Source of the DNA: Lingula anatina
Taxonomy: Eukaryota; Animalia; Brachiopoda
Reading direction: 5' to 3'
Length of the DNA stretch: 64,000 nucleotides
Assembly (NCBI GenBank): GCA_051362555.1
Contig: CM120646.1
Span: 14,756,001-14,820,000, forward strand
The first letter of the stretch is position 1. Each line of letters opens with the position of its first letter. Made by a program: the position numbers and the translations under genes. Positions 10,310-23,973 of this stretch are shown piece by piece. The notes under the pieces were generated by a model. That model saw nothing but the letters and a program-made list of their open reading frames with translations, was not told where the DNA came from and made no database searches.

Positions 10310-13300
10310 TTATAAGTCCTTCCCAAGGCGTTCTATTTCATCCACCACAAACTCCATGTCTTCCTTGATCACGTTAAGGTTGCTGATAACCATACGTATA
10401 AAGTTGACGTAATCGCCCAAAGGTTGATATCCCACCATCATGGTCCCCTCCACCATCATCCTCTCCTTAATCTTGGGAGCAACCTAGGGGAAATATAAAT
10501 TCAAGTAGTAAGAATGAAAATGCACTGATCATGCATAACATAAGGGGGACATACCACAAAAGAGCTTGAGACTGAAAATCAGTGAACTTTGAAACCAAAA
10601 GTTTAGTCTATTTATCTGCTGAATCATTTATATAACATTCAAAGCTTCAAATCCTTAAATACAAGGTATCAAACTAGAGAGGGCCCACAAACCCCTCTAA
10701 TGAAACCTCTGTGATAAAAAAATATGCACTGATATGATTCGACATGATTATTTTTGATATGTGGTTCCAGCTACAGTGCATTGTAGATGCAGAGATGCAG
10801 AGGAACCCCCCCATCTGCCCCACTTCCTTTTGCCAAAACAAAATTGGTATTTCAGCTCTTTATTCTTACTAAATGGAATAAAGAGACACTCACTGCATAC
10901 AGCAGAAACATGCTTCAAATATATACTCAGCTTTTAAAAATGCCCCTAGCTCACAGCATTATTGTTTTTACATGAATTTTCTTCTGTTGGGGTGAACAGT
11001 GGGAATAGAACCAAATACATACAAAGGCACACACATAACACACACAAATAACCTAATTATGTGTAATGTGTCATTGTCCTATCAATAAGTAATGGCCATG
11101 CTTCCGTTACCTTGCCTAGCTTCTGCCACCATTCAGCAGTTCTCTTCAAAGACCTCAGGCTAGGAGGGATATACCAGAAACATACATTGGTACACTGTGG
11201 CTCCCCTAACACCAACTCAAAACCTTCTCTGTCCTTTACCAGCTGGGTCAAATACCTGGTCATATGATATGATATGATATGTGTCAAGTGACAGGTCATA
11301 AAGTACATTTGTATAACAAAGCACAATGACATAGGTTTTTCACAGTCTTATGTGTAATGATGGTAAAATAGTAAATCATTTCTAAAAAGACAAAACAGGG
11401 TTTTCTAATTAGCAAAATGCTAAGTCTCAAAGGTTAAAATTGTTTCAGGTCTTTAGAAATGATTTAATTTTTTATCACGACAAAGCAATAAATTGTAGAA
11501 AATTTGAAGGTAAACTTTTCATAGAATATACCTAAAAAGTTTGTTCAAGCCCATAGCCATGGTAATAAAGCTTTTTTTCCAAATTACCCAAGGTGCATTT
11601 TATTTCTGTGACAACCATCATAAATGTGAATTTTAAAAAATCAATATTTTTAACATTCCATCACTTCTATGGGAAATGCTAAAAGCTTTATGACACTAAC
11701 ATTTATCAATAGTTTACCTGGACATGTCAAATATGTTATCAATATCTCTCTCAAATCCCTTGTGACCTCTCTCCTTCCACATCAGCCACAACTTGAAGGC
11801 GTCCACCTTGCGTCCACACTGAACAGACTTGTCCCCCGTGTCGTACGAAATGTCGTAACATTTGTCTTGTTGGAACAAGTAACGAGCATTGGCACAGTGT
11901 GCTTCATTTAGCACTTTCTGAAGATGAGTAATGAAAAACACTTAGTGCACCAGTGTTTAAATTTCAAAAATTGCTACAATGTGTGCATGACACAAGGGTG
12001 GTGTCAGCAGATATTTGTTCAAGTGAATAAATAATTTAATTTGTACTTCCCTAAGCAGTGCAGGAAAGTTTGGCTGAACTGATGGACAAAAAAAAAAAAA
12101 AAATGCCAGCAGCATTAGAATCCCTCGTTTGTTCATTTTTAATAAATTTTAAATCAATTGTTTAAAATCAATCATTTTAATAATACTCAGTAAACCATCA
12201 CCACCTTCACTTCTAAGAAACCCTTCTTACCTGATGTTTCAGCAGGAAGACTGCACACTGCAGGGGTGCCCCCATCATCTTGTGTGGATCCCAAGTAACG
12301 GAGTCAGCTCTAAAAAAAATTACAAAAATCCAAACTTACAAAGTAATAACACAGGAAAATATCTGTAACTAAGGTAATAATATATGGAAATATAAATGAA
12401 GAAACAAAGAAATGCTGAATTACCTGTGAGCTCCTTCCATATAATGCCTGTATTTCTTTGAGAAGAGGACCCCGCCTCCCCAAGCAGCATCTATGTGCAT
12501 CCAGAGCTGGTGCCTCTCACATATGTCTGCAATGGCATTCAGGGGGTCATAGGCACCCAGTACTGTGGTGCCAGCTGTGGCGCCAACAAAAAATGGAACT
12601 GCTCCCTGGAGAAAAAGAGAAAAAAAAAATAACCTACTTTGCACAGAACTACTAATGCATGCTTAATATGGATTGGAATATTTTGTATAGCCTAAAATTA
12701 CCATAAATAACTAACTAAATAAATAAAGTGTTTAGCAACCAGAATAAAAAAATTGGTCATGGTTCTTGCAATGATAGAACTGTTCAATCTCTACACCTGG
12801 TGGCATGCTGCTGTTCTGACCATGAAGGTCTTACAGGGAACTGGAATACTTACTGAATTTTTGGCTTGTTGTATGGCATTCTCTAACTCAGAAGGGATCA
12901 TCCTCCCTGTGTCATCACAGGGAACTGGAATGAGATTGTCAAGGCCTATTCCTAACAAAGCAAAGGCTTTCTTCAGGGAGTAATGGGACTGAAAGATAGA
13001 ATATATACAGTTTACAATGGGTAATCTGTAGACTACTTTCTATGTCTGATTTGCTTTGTATATTACTGATAGACGTCATTTGTTTGACTCAGTTGTATGA
13101 AAATATAGGCAAAAAAATGTATCTGACATTTGCTTAACGGTAGTAAACCTAACACCCATTTTGAACAACAACTGTTTAAATTATTTATTCATAAACAATA
13201 AATTAATAAATTATCACATCAAACTCGATCTGCAGGCAAATTTAGTAACTATAAACAATCTATGTCTGATGAAACCTTCAATTCAAGAACATATAACACC

Positions 13301-13447
13301 TAACAAAATTAGTAGGGACATCCAATGTAATCATATACATAACACTTAACACAATTAGTAAGCACATCCAATATATAACCATATATATATGACATCCTGC
13401 ACAATTGCTGAGCACATCCAATACAGTCACACCTAACACAATTGACT

Positions 13448-13491
<44 letters not shown>

Positions 13492-15702
13492 AAATTACCT
13501 GTTGTGATGTAAAACCACATATTCTTGGTAGTGCTTGCATTCCTTTGCTCTTAATCTCTGGAAACTTACTGAAGCGGGCCAGGTTGACACCATATATGTT
13601 GGCAATTGACCCTCCTAAATGAAAAGATAATTCCTGAATGACTTTGTTATGTTTGCTGTAGTAGTGTAATTAATGCTGTTGTTTGACTCTCAGAACATAA
13701 ATAGTGCTGAGTGTTCTTAGCTTAAATAGAAAAGTTTCATGACTAATATTTTTTATTTTAAGATGACTAAGACTTTGTATATAATCTTAATATAACCGCA
13801 AGATAATTTGGTAAACAGAAATCAAATTTAAGACCCATAAGTCTCTGACACTTATCAATTCATGTACAAGCTCCCTCCATACTAGAAACTCTGCCTTCGT
13901 GTAATCCTGTCCTACAAGAACAATCATCTATAGAAATAAATAAAATATAAGCTGCATAAAGTGTGGCTTTGATCACATCTTTGAACAAATACCTGGTGTA
14001 AAAATGCCATTGCCCTCTCCCCCAGGATAGCCGACCAACTTCCTCAAGTTCATCAGGACTTCCTGTTCTATCAAGGTGAAGGCAGGGGCCATCTCATATG
14101 TGTAACTGGAGGTAGAAAAAAATGTACTATTATTTCTGCTAATAGTGGCGCAGGTAATAATATAAATAATGCCATATTCTTAGAGAACCTGTTCTACCTA
14201 CACCATCCCAAGTGTCCTTAAGTACAGCTAATTTTGTGGTTAAAAATAAATACAATTCCCTCTTTTTTATTTTTTGTCAAGTTGCTTTGTACATAATTTT
14301 CCACTTTGCTGCACAAGCACACTGTATCGATTCTTTAAACTCAAAAACATTTAAAAATTACCTGATTTTCAGAATAATAGCAAACCAGTGCAAAAAGTTA
14401 AAACTTTGCTTATGAAAAACAGCACTACATTTTTTACATGCTAGTGTACTGTACGTTCAGTCAAAATAGAAAACATAATTTTCTGGATGACAGGCAGGGC
14501 CAAAAGAAAACAGAAAAAATTATAATCTTAATTCTTTACCTGCTTGTATTAAGTGCCTCAGTCACCCAGGCCCCAGCAAGCCCCTTGACGTCAAAACCTT
14601 GAAACAGCTGGTTGAAAAAGTGGGGATGACCTGAAATCCAAAGTTAAAGGTGAAGATTGGGATTAAAGCCATTATCTCTGCAGTATATATAAATATATAT
14701 ATATATATACTGGCGACTTGAAATATCATGCAGCATCATATACCAAAATGCACTTACCTGACTTGACACTGTACTGGACAGTTTTTCTACACATTTCAAG
14801 CAATTGTTCATCCTCACATCCTTCGTGACCTAGCTGGATGTCCAGTTTTGTGGCAAGTTCTTCAGGCTGCTGGAACTCCAGTACTTTGCTTAATGATAAA
14901 TTATAGAAAATTTGACTATTGGTAAGTACAATTCCAGGCAACATTTCTTGATCATTTTATTTATCATGAAAAAGAAAAATAAATTTCAAAAGAGACTTAA
15001 CATGCTCTTTTTACCAATGATCAAGGCATGATGCTTCAGGAGTTTAAAACTGAACAGTTGCAATTTTTTTAAACATACATACACAAGACACAATAAATAC
15101 ATTTCACAGTATTATATGTCACTAGTTAATGCATGTGTTTTATTTATTTATTTATTTATTTTTTGTTTTAGCTATTCACTTACTCACTATTATAATTAGA
15201 GGGATATAAAAATCTGGTCACCTCTTTGGATCAATCCCCTTCTCGATAGCCTCAGACATCATCATCTCAAAAACATTTTCCAAGAACTTTTGACTTTTGC
15301 TCCGGTGGTGACGTCCATTATGAGAGCTGCCATTTTGTTCTGTTATGTGTACCACCCCATTCCCAACTGCCCCATTGCGACTCCCAACATGCTTTCCATT
15401 TTGGATAACAGACGAGTTGTAAACAAACGGATGGTCTGAGAATAGAGAAAATTGTATTATAAGGAATGAGACTGCACTAATATATAAATGCAAAATACTA
15501 CTACTACTACTACTACTACTAATAATAATAATAATAATAACAAATAATAAATAAATAAATTAATTTTTTTTTTACCTGTCAAAACATAAAAAATGAAGAA
15601 AGAAATTTTAGCAAATGATATCACACATTCTTCTTAAACTGACAGAGCTTATAAAACAATTATCATTAAAGACATTAATATTCATAATTAAAGAATCATA
15701 CC

Positions 15703-15741
<39 letters not shown>

Positions 15742-15905
15742 TCACTCAAGAAAAGTGTTTTTAAAGTATACCTGAATTTTGCTGTACCAAGTACTGTGGT
15801 ATGACCTATAGACAACATTATATGAGCTCCACCGAACAAATATTTACCTGCACCATTCTGATGATCCACTTTTCTGTACTTCATCATCTTTTCTGACAAG
15901 TCCAT
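10310..15905 (-). CDS. CSAD: Group II PLP-dependent decarboxylase, cysteine sulfinic acid decarboxylase / GADL1-like
   Basis: Coding exons 15905-15848, 15435-15222, 14888-14758, 14630-14540, 14105-13993, 13614-13499, 12988-12854, 12605-12424, 12309-12231, 11917-11718, 11255-11111 and 10483-10310 splice in frame. Motifs [55 protein letters not shown] (PLP lysine), QCGRKVD, MVGYQP, ERLGKDL*. CSAD versus GADL1 is an inference. Confidence 0.9.
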
Positions 15906-16470
15906 TCTTCACTGCAAAAGAAAATTGTGTCCTTATTTCATGTTAAATTTAGTGATTTTTGGTGAATTTTGGTAATTACAGGGCAGGGTCAGAAATGACC
16001 TGCTGTGACACACAGGGGCAGAGATGACCTACCACACACATCTCCAGCATCATTTTGATAATTACAGGGCAGGGTCAGAAATGACCTGCCATGACAAATA
16101 TTTAGCATTTAACTTGAAATACAGGTCCGTAACACTGGCTGGGCACAAGGTGAAGGGACATGTTGTCGCCCTTACAGTAATCTTTAATGTATCTCTTTGA
16201 TCATAGGAATGTCTTTGATATTTGTGTATATAATCCCCTGCATCCTCACAGAGGGACAGGGAGAGAGATAGAATAAAGTCGGTGGCAACAGAAAATCTTG
16301 TTGTTAGTCATTGCTGATCCCTCAGTCTTCCACTGATACTGAAGTGCAACTCTGATACTTATATTCTTTAAGCTGGGAGCTAGCACATCAGGTCTAAAGA
16401 TACAGAGTAATGTAAATTAAGTAAAGGAATTCGAAAAAAAAAAAAAAAAAAAAAGGCTCTTGTTATATAC

Positions 16471-16638
16471 CAGGCCCGTAGCCAGGGGGGGTTCGGGGGG
16501 TTCAAAAGAACCACCCTTTTTGCTGGGAAAAGGTCCACTGTGGGTACAATTTGACCTATGTACTTGAGGACTTTATGGTAAAAGGTCCACTTTTTCAGAA
16601 AACGAACCCCCCCTCTGAAATTGCTGGCTTCGGGCCTG
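16471..16638. mobile_element. Small MITE (168 bp)
   Basis: TIRs CAGGCCCGTAGCCAG / CTGGCTTCGGGCCTG, with TATAC immediately on both sides. Confidence 0.8.
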
Positions 16639-17368
16639 TATACCCTTTTAAATTGGTCCATGAGTGCATGAAGGGTCTGTCACTTGATTCTTGTAATTTA
16701 TGGCTTTTAGTGAGAAAAAAATGCACAAACAAAAATATTGCACCATACTCTCAGTGCTCAGTACAATTGACCACCTTATCAAGGGGGTACACACATTACT
16801 TACAGTACGTATTACTGTCACTATAATGTATAACCTAATACCTTGGTTTAAGAAGTTATGTTCCCCATCATCCCATATGATATTTAATAAAGCAAGTGCC
16901 CAGGTACAATTAAATGTGAGTGACCTACTAGTAGCTTACAGCACTGCCAACCACTAGTGAGTTAAAATACACTGGCATGCTGTAGCTCAATTCTTACTTA
17001 ATACTCACCAGTACACTACTGCAATTACAAGTAACCAGAGAGTTCAAGTACAAAATGTATCATTGCTAAGTCATTTTCTGTTTGAATATATTCATGATTC
17101 AGCAGAATCACTGTCACGTTTACATTCCTTACAGGTCATTTCTCTTCTTAGGACAATTAAATAAGTGATGGTTTCAAGGCAACAGGGGTGAGGGGTCTCA
17201 GAAAGGCAACCATCACTCCACTTAAAATTAGCTAAGATTTCTTCTAAGTGTCTGTATTCTTTTAAAACCACAGGCAGCTTTTTAAAAAACTTTTTACCAA
17301 TAGTTTATCACATGCTCCCATTAGAAGTGGACATGACTTTAAGCATGAAATACTGCACAGTGACTTAA

Positions 17369-17556
17369 TTGACCTCAGATATATCAGTGTTAAACTTGAC
17401 CTCAGATATGTCAGTGTTAATCTTGACCTCAGATATGTCAGTGTTAAACTTGACCTCAGATATGTCAGTGTTAAACTTGACCTCAGATATGTCAGTGTTA
17501 AACTTGACCTCAGATATGTCAGTGTTAAACTTGACCTCAGATATGTCAGTGTTAAA
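17369..17556. repeat. 27-bp minisatellite x7
   Basis: Unit TTGACCTCAGATATGTCAGTGTTAAAC, nearly perfect copies. Confidence 0.97.
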
Positions 17557-17794
17557 GTAAACATTATCATATGCTGTCTGAATGAAAAAAAAATCAACTG
17601 AAGATTTTCAACATTTACGAAATGGGAAGAATCTTTATAATTACCTCCTAATTATAGAGAGAGAGAGAAAAAAGAATTTTGCATGGCCAAACTGGAATTA
17701 ATCGTAATTTTGAAGAAAAAGTGAGAAAAAAAAACACTCAAAATGTGATGTAGGGATTATACACACTGCAGTGTTCTGTTTGAAGTATATTTTC

Positions 17795-17853
<59 letters not shown>

Positions 17854-17855
17854 TC
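17795..17855. repeat. (TTTC)n microsatellite
   Basis: Perfect tetranucleotide run. Confidence 0.95.
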
Positions 17856-19140
17856 CACCTCAAGGATGCAAGATGTAAAAAAGTATTACAAATAATCATG
17901 CAAACTTGTAAAGTTTTCAGTCTATTTCACATATAATAATGACTTTGCGCAGTGTTAATTACTGCCACAAAAAGCCAGTAGTCTACCTTGGGTAAAATAA
18001 TTATGATAAATGACAGGCTCCACCATCCTGATCTTTCTCTAAATACTTTGATGAATACCTCTGGATTCCCAACATCTCAAGCCTCCCAGACATACAGAGA
18101 TGAGACTGATAACTAATTGAAAAAAAAAAAAAAAAAAAAGAGAGATGAGACTGACAACTTATTTAAAAAAAAAGTCTACAAAAATACAACTAGTGGTCCA
18201 GCCACCTCCCCGTCCTACCCATCCACAGTGTTTCCTGAAGATAGATCTGCACTAATCTCAAAAATGATATTTTTGGCTCCCAAAGAGTAGGAAATCTGCC
18301 AATAATTGGGAAAATCTCATGCCAATAATTGGGAAAATCTCATATCCCTACATGGACATATCCAAATCTGTCTATATAACAGTGTTTTTTTAAATTGGTT
18401 TGGCATTTGTGACCAAAGAGTGCACAACCCCTGCTTAGGTAATAAAGGCGCAATTTGTTACCCAACTTAACACTGGAGACATTCAGTTAATAGCTTTGTT
18501 TGTCTTAGTGATTTAACTGTATGGAAATATTGAAGGAAGTAATAAATTTCTCAGGTTACCCATGGAATTGCAAAACAAGAAGAGAGAACTTTATTTAAAA
18601 GGTAAACAACCCTTCTTATGAGATTCAAAATTCCACAATAAATATATTGTGAACAATACACAGAAATATAATAAATTGCAAGAATTCAGTTAACAGTTGT
18701 TTGTTTTAACGAATGGAGGTGGAGTAATAAATAAGGTAATTAGTAAATAAGGTGGAGAATTTATTAGAGGTAAATATACTTTTCTTAACAATTCAAAACC
18801 ATGCATAAATTCCATCCACAAATAAATTGCCTCTACAGTATATGCCTCTATGGTAGTCTTTTTTCTATCATTTATTTAAAAGGATGATAATAAAAAAATA
18901 TAATTTTACTTAGTTGGCACCTACTTAAATCCAAAAAATATTTATTGGGGTTAAAATTTTAAGAGATAAGTTTAAATATGCTTTTAGCCCCCACTCCCCC
19001 TTGAGAGAAAATAATTTTCTTAAAATAATTTAAAAAAATAATAATAATAATAATAAAATAAATAAATAAATCATCACTTTCCAAAAAAAAAAAAAAAAAA
19101 AAAAAAATCCATCATTTTGATAATAATTATATTCACTTAC

Positions 19141-19330
19141 CAATTTGTTCCAATGTTAGATCTACGCACTCCAGTGAGGACAAGGTGTATACGCAATGAA
19201 AACTCATTACACCACTTTTACTTGGCCCCAGCGCGGCCAAGAATGATCGAAACTTTCCATCCACCGCTTCGAAGGAACTTTTCCATGAGCCCCAATTCTC
19301 TTTGTACAACAAATCAAATGAAGGCATAGC
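19141..19330 (-). other. Probable first exon of the CSAD-like gene
   Basis: Consensus donor TTG|GTAAGT at 19141/19140 on the minus strand, at the edge of a CpG-richer segment head-to-head with CCDC12. The first coding exon has an unused acceptor at 15912. Confidence 0.55.
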
Positions 19331-19460
19331 GGAAAATCACCACATTATTGACCTTTACTGTACAAACAGGGTTACGTCAATATTTCACGTATAGGAACTG
19401 TGTTGAAAATTCCCCTCTTTCCAAGTGCTGCCACCTATGTTATACAATACGATTAGGATC
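19330..19460. promoter_or_regulatory. Probable bidirectional promoter CSAD/CCDC12
   Basis: About 130 bp between divergent first exons. CRE/bZIP-like TTACGTCA at 19372-19379. Confidence 0.5.
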
Positions 19461-22241
19461 ATGGCTGAGGTAGGGCAGTTAGAAGATGCGGCTTTAAAAC
19501 GTAAAGAGCGTCTCCGTCGAATGCGTCAGAGAGCTGAGGGAGATGGGGAAGGTTTGGAAGCCCCTGACGCCAAGCGGTCGGCAGGAAGCGAAAATGAAAT
19601 GCTTCCAAAGTAAGTAACAATTATCTGGTAAGAGCGCGTGGCCAAGAATCTACACGTTTGATTAGATCGGCACCTTGTCACAACTCACAAGGCTTGTGTC
19701 TTGAGAATCGCAGAACTGTGCTGAAACACAGGCAAACGGTCCACGTTTTACATGGATCAATTCACATGAAATGAAACTTAATGTACTCTATAATATCATA
19801 ATTAACTTACCTTGATTTAATTAAACTGACAGAAATCCTGTTAATCCCAACAGACGTTTTTTTCTCCCGAAAATCGATGTCACCAAAAGTTTGTACTTGT
19901 ATATTTTGTATCCCCAGCTGGTTTAGAATTCCCAGCAAGTCAGTGGCTTCAGACGCCTTTTTCTAAAGTCTTGAAGTGAAGAGATGAGCTTTGCTAGCAT
20001 GTGTTTCCACTAGTTAAAATATATAAAACTTTGGGACATCATGTCTTATTCAGTGCCAAATAAACTTGTCATATCTCCACCTCAGTGTGATGAATGTGTT
20101 AGAGGTGACAGCTGACAGGTTTTCACAACTAACAATGCAGGAAACAGATTCAAATAACCTTATTCACTTTATCATTTAATGCTGATTTGATCGGATTCCT
20201 TTTGAATTTGGGTACTCATTGAAAGGTCTGGTTTTGTTCTTTAAGCAATTATCATCATGTGTAATATGTATTTTTTAATGTTTGTAACAATATACCTTGA
20301 ATGATGTTGTGACACTGATAAAATGATGTTTTCTGGTCGTGCTGTGTTTTCATGTTTATATCCTGTGCTACTTTTCGTATAATTTGTAGGCCAGTATTTA
20401 GGAGTTACAAGCCTCAGGATGAGAATCTGAAAGAAAATGCACTTCCCCAAATGATACCCTCAAAAGGTAAGCAATCACTCAAAGCAATGCTCATGATGCT
20501 GTCATGTTGAAGATTATTCCATTCTCTGTCATATAAAGATGGTAAAAACAAATTGTTTTGGAAGACAGTGAATGAGGCAATCGTGTGAAAACTCTTGGGA
20601 AAGGCCATGTCTCTTTGGTAGAAAATTACATTTAATCTCTTCAGAAATGATATACTTTTTAACCAAGATTTTTCTTGGACATCATAAAGTGTCTTCATAT
20701 TCCCTTCCACCCTTTTCACATTTTAGGTAAATAAAAATCATTTCTGTGTCTGAGAATGGAGAACATCTTTACGTCTGACTTAAAATGTGCACAAAAACTG
20801 AGATGATCGTAGTAAGCAGAGTAGTCATTTTCTTCTTCAGTGAAATAGTCAAAGCAGAAAAGAAGAGGCTTTGTATTTCATTATCATACTGGTACACTTC
20901 AAAAAAAGTTAAGGAATGATTTATATTTTCTCTACTAAAGAATGTTATCAGCCATATAACTGCATCTTTAACTGTTGAATGCAAATGTTCCCTTTGTGTC
21001 TATTTTTCATAGTTGAAGAACATGTCAAAGACCACCTAGAAGCTGCCAAACCTGAGCCTGTAGTGGATGAAATAGTAAGTCTCATTTCTATATTCTCATC
21101 CTAGTATACAGGTGTACTAATATGTTTTAACTGATCAGTGATATTTTTGATTTCTTCTTAGATAACAAGGGCAAACTGAATAAAGTTAAGATAAAAATTT
21201 TAAAATTTAAATTAAAGGCATTTTCACCGCAGACTTTATAAAACAGAATAGAATAGAACACAACACATCCGTACTGATGTTTTGAGAATTGACAACTTGA
21301 TGGCGTTTCCTAAACGGACCTTCCTTGCATGACACGACCAATCAGTGAACTTCCACAGGTGCATATGGAGAATTTGAGAAAAGGAGCAAAGTAACGATAA
21401 CACTCAATTGTTAATACAGTTACAGTCTTGGTCACAATGACGGCTTGTTTGTGGGTAGCCATCAAATCAACAAATGGATATCTGATGTTATAGTGCTATA
21501 ACACTGATTTCATTATTCATCAGGATCTGACGAACCTAGCTCCAAGAAAGCCAGACTGGGATTTGAAGCGAGATGTGGCAAAGAAGCTAGAGAAGCTGGA
21601 AAGGCGGACCCAGAGAGCAATTGCAGAGTTGATCCGTAAGTTCAAAGTTTGAGAATTATAGTTTGTCAAGCAGGTTCCTCAATAAGGAGACCGCCTGTGA
21701 GATTAGTTAGAAAAGTCATTTTGTCCTAATAAGCTAAATTAGGAAAAGTATATAGATTTTTAGCCTTCTAAAGATGTGTTTTGGCTTAACAACTTATATT
21801 CACTTTAGTAACTACATTATAGAGACAACAACATGAATTAAAGAAAAAAGTATTTTTTATTTACTAAGACAATATGTTTTCATTTAGGTTTGAAAAGAGA
21901 AATAAAAGTAAACCCAGTGTGACTCAAGAATCTTGATACGATTTCCATAATTGATAAGTGATATGTGAAATTAAGGATGCCATTTCTCATCTTGACTTTT
22001 TGGATTTTTAGATTATTTCAGATTCTGTTCAAAGTTTATGTTACAGTGAATGAGTCAGTTATTAGTGTATGTTGAAGTATGTAAATTTTCCCTTACATTT
22101 AGTTAAAAAATGTTGATTATAATTTCAGGAGACCGTTTACAAGCAGGAAAAGAAGACTTGGCCACCGCAGTGAATGCTAGCGCTGAAGTCATGCAGAAAG
22201 TGGGCGATGACGCAGATGATGATGATGATGAAGAGAACTGA
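19461..22241 (+). CDS. CCDC12: Coiled-coil domain-containing protein 12 (Cwf18 spliceosome factor)
   Basis: Exons 19461-19609, 20390-20466, 21013-21074, 21524-21635 and 22129-22241. Motifs LEDAALKRKERL, FRSYKPQDENL and DLTNLAPRKPDWDLKRDVAKKLEKLERRTQRAIAELI. Confidence 0.95.
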
Positions 22242-22506
22242 AACAATAAGCTTAATTGTTTTTGGTTGAAAACAAGGGTTTTCCCAGAACAATCCAGCTG
22301 GAATTTCCAAGGCCACCAGCATCACCAGATGGCCTTTCTTTCCAAAGACGGCTGGACTGCTTGTGGAATTTTTGGAAATATGATTTAGGCATACTTGGAC
22401 TCCCTGAAAATTTGTAGGAAATTACAGGTGGTAATTTTAGACAGCCAAAACCTGGAAAAAGCCTGGTTGAAAATGACTGCAACAGCAGTACATCATTTTT
22501 AGTATG

Positions 22507-22509
<3 letters not shown>

Positions 22510-22570
<61 letters not shown>
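22510..22570. repeat. (TA)n microsatellite in the CCDC12 3' region
   Basis: Perfect TA run. Confidence 0.95.
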
Positions 22571-22572
<2 letters not shown>

Positions 22573-23973
22573 AAGGATGCTGATGGGGAAAGGAGGGGGA
22601 ATTCCAGTTCAGTTATTTCCTCAGACTCAGAGCCGGCCTCTGAATGTGTGACAAAACAAAAATATTAGTGACATCTCTCAGAGATAAAGTCTACCCAATT
22701 TATCTGGAAAGCCAGATTTTGGCATGTTGCCCTCAGACCCCTAAATTGTAGAAGTTTGGATTTTCAGGATTTTTTTAAGATCAACATAGACTGGACAGGT
22801 TCCACAGTAGAGTGCTAGATTGTGTTGAAGGTAGCCAGCATAGATAAAATCAGGAATTTACAGCATTTAAAGGGCCTGGTGCCTTGTTAATCTTTTTTAT
22901 TACTATTAATACTAGTACATGTACCATTTTATACCATGAGATTGAAATAAAAATGCAAAAATATTAAAAATAATAATCTGTAATATTTTATGATCAGTAA
23001 TATTTCATAGCCAGTTTTAAATCCACTACTTCAAATCTACTGTAATTTTTTCATAAAGTTTGAAAATAGAACTTTCCTTAAAAGCTATCAGACTGTGCAT
23101 AAAATGTCTTGTGTCTACAATAATGAATAAATGAAAAAAAATTATTCATCTTTTCAATCTTTTATTCTTCAAAACCTATATATAGATATATAGATAAGGC
23201 TGACATAATATAAACAACTGCCAAGCTCTTTGCATGAGAAACAGAAAAATTGCCCAAGTTTCAATTTGGGGACCATATTCTTATCAATCACAGCCTTGAA
23301 GAATCTAATCAAAACTTCAACTGAAGCCAATCAGAAATAATTTGGTTAAATTTGCAATGCAAATTCTCATAAGTGATGTATGTACTTATGACCAGAAAAT
23401 GTAAAAGAAAAATATCACACAACTTCTTAACCTGTGTAAAAATCACTCTTGGCTGTCTTCATTAATATTGCTCAAATAGTGAAAAAGAAATTGAAATGTA
23501 TGTATCAACAATACCAATGTATCTATGAAAATCAGTTGGTCAGAAAATACTGCCAACCCTTACATTGGGCAAAACTGGCCATTCAACAATGGTAATAAGT
23601 GAAGATATTAACTTTTATATATTCCAAGGTATCAAATCAATTGCACAGCACATTGTGAAGGAGAAATTTTGTCCCTGATTGCGTGGTCCATAAATTAATA
23701 CTTTTGTATATATTACAGCAGCTAAACATGCTAACATTTCTTTTTCTTGCCTAATCCCCCATCAGACCATAGTTATAACAAAAGCACTCTTATCAATGCT
23801 TTAAATGCAAGTCCAACGTAGCTAAACATCATTCAACAACCCTGAACTCATTTTGCCTCCATTGTACAGCAGTTTTTGCTTGCTCCAATACAAAATCTAA
23901 TAAATAACAATATTTAAAAACTCCTATTATGTTGCATAATACCACGTGCAAAATTCTATGGAATGTCTGAGTA

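Noticed and set aside
17262-17597. Repetitive ORFs (LTLTYLRSS)n / (LTSDMSVLN)n and a possible CRISPR-like array
   Set aside because: By-products of a 27-bp minisatellite with no unique spacers, in a eukaryotic intron.
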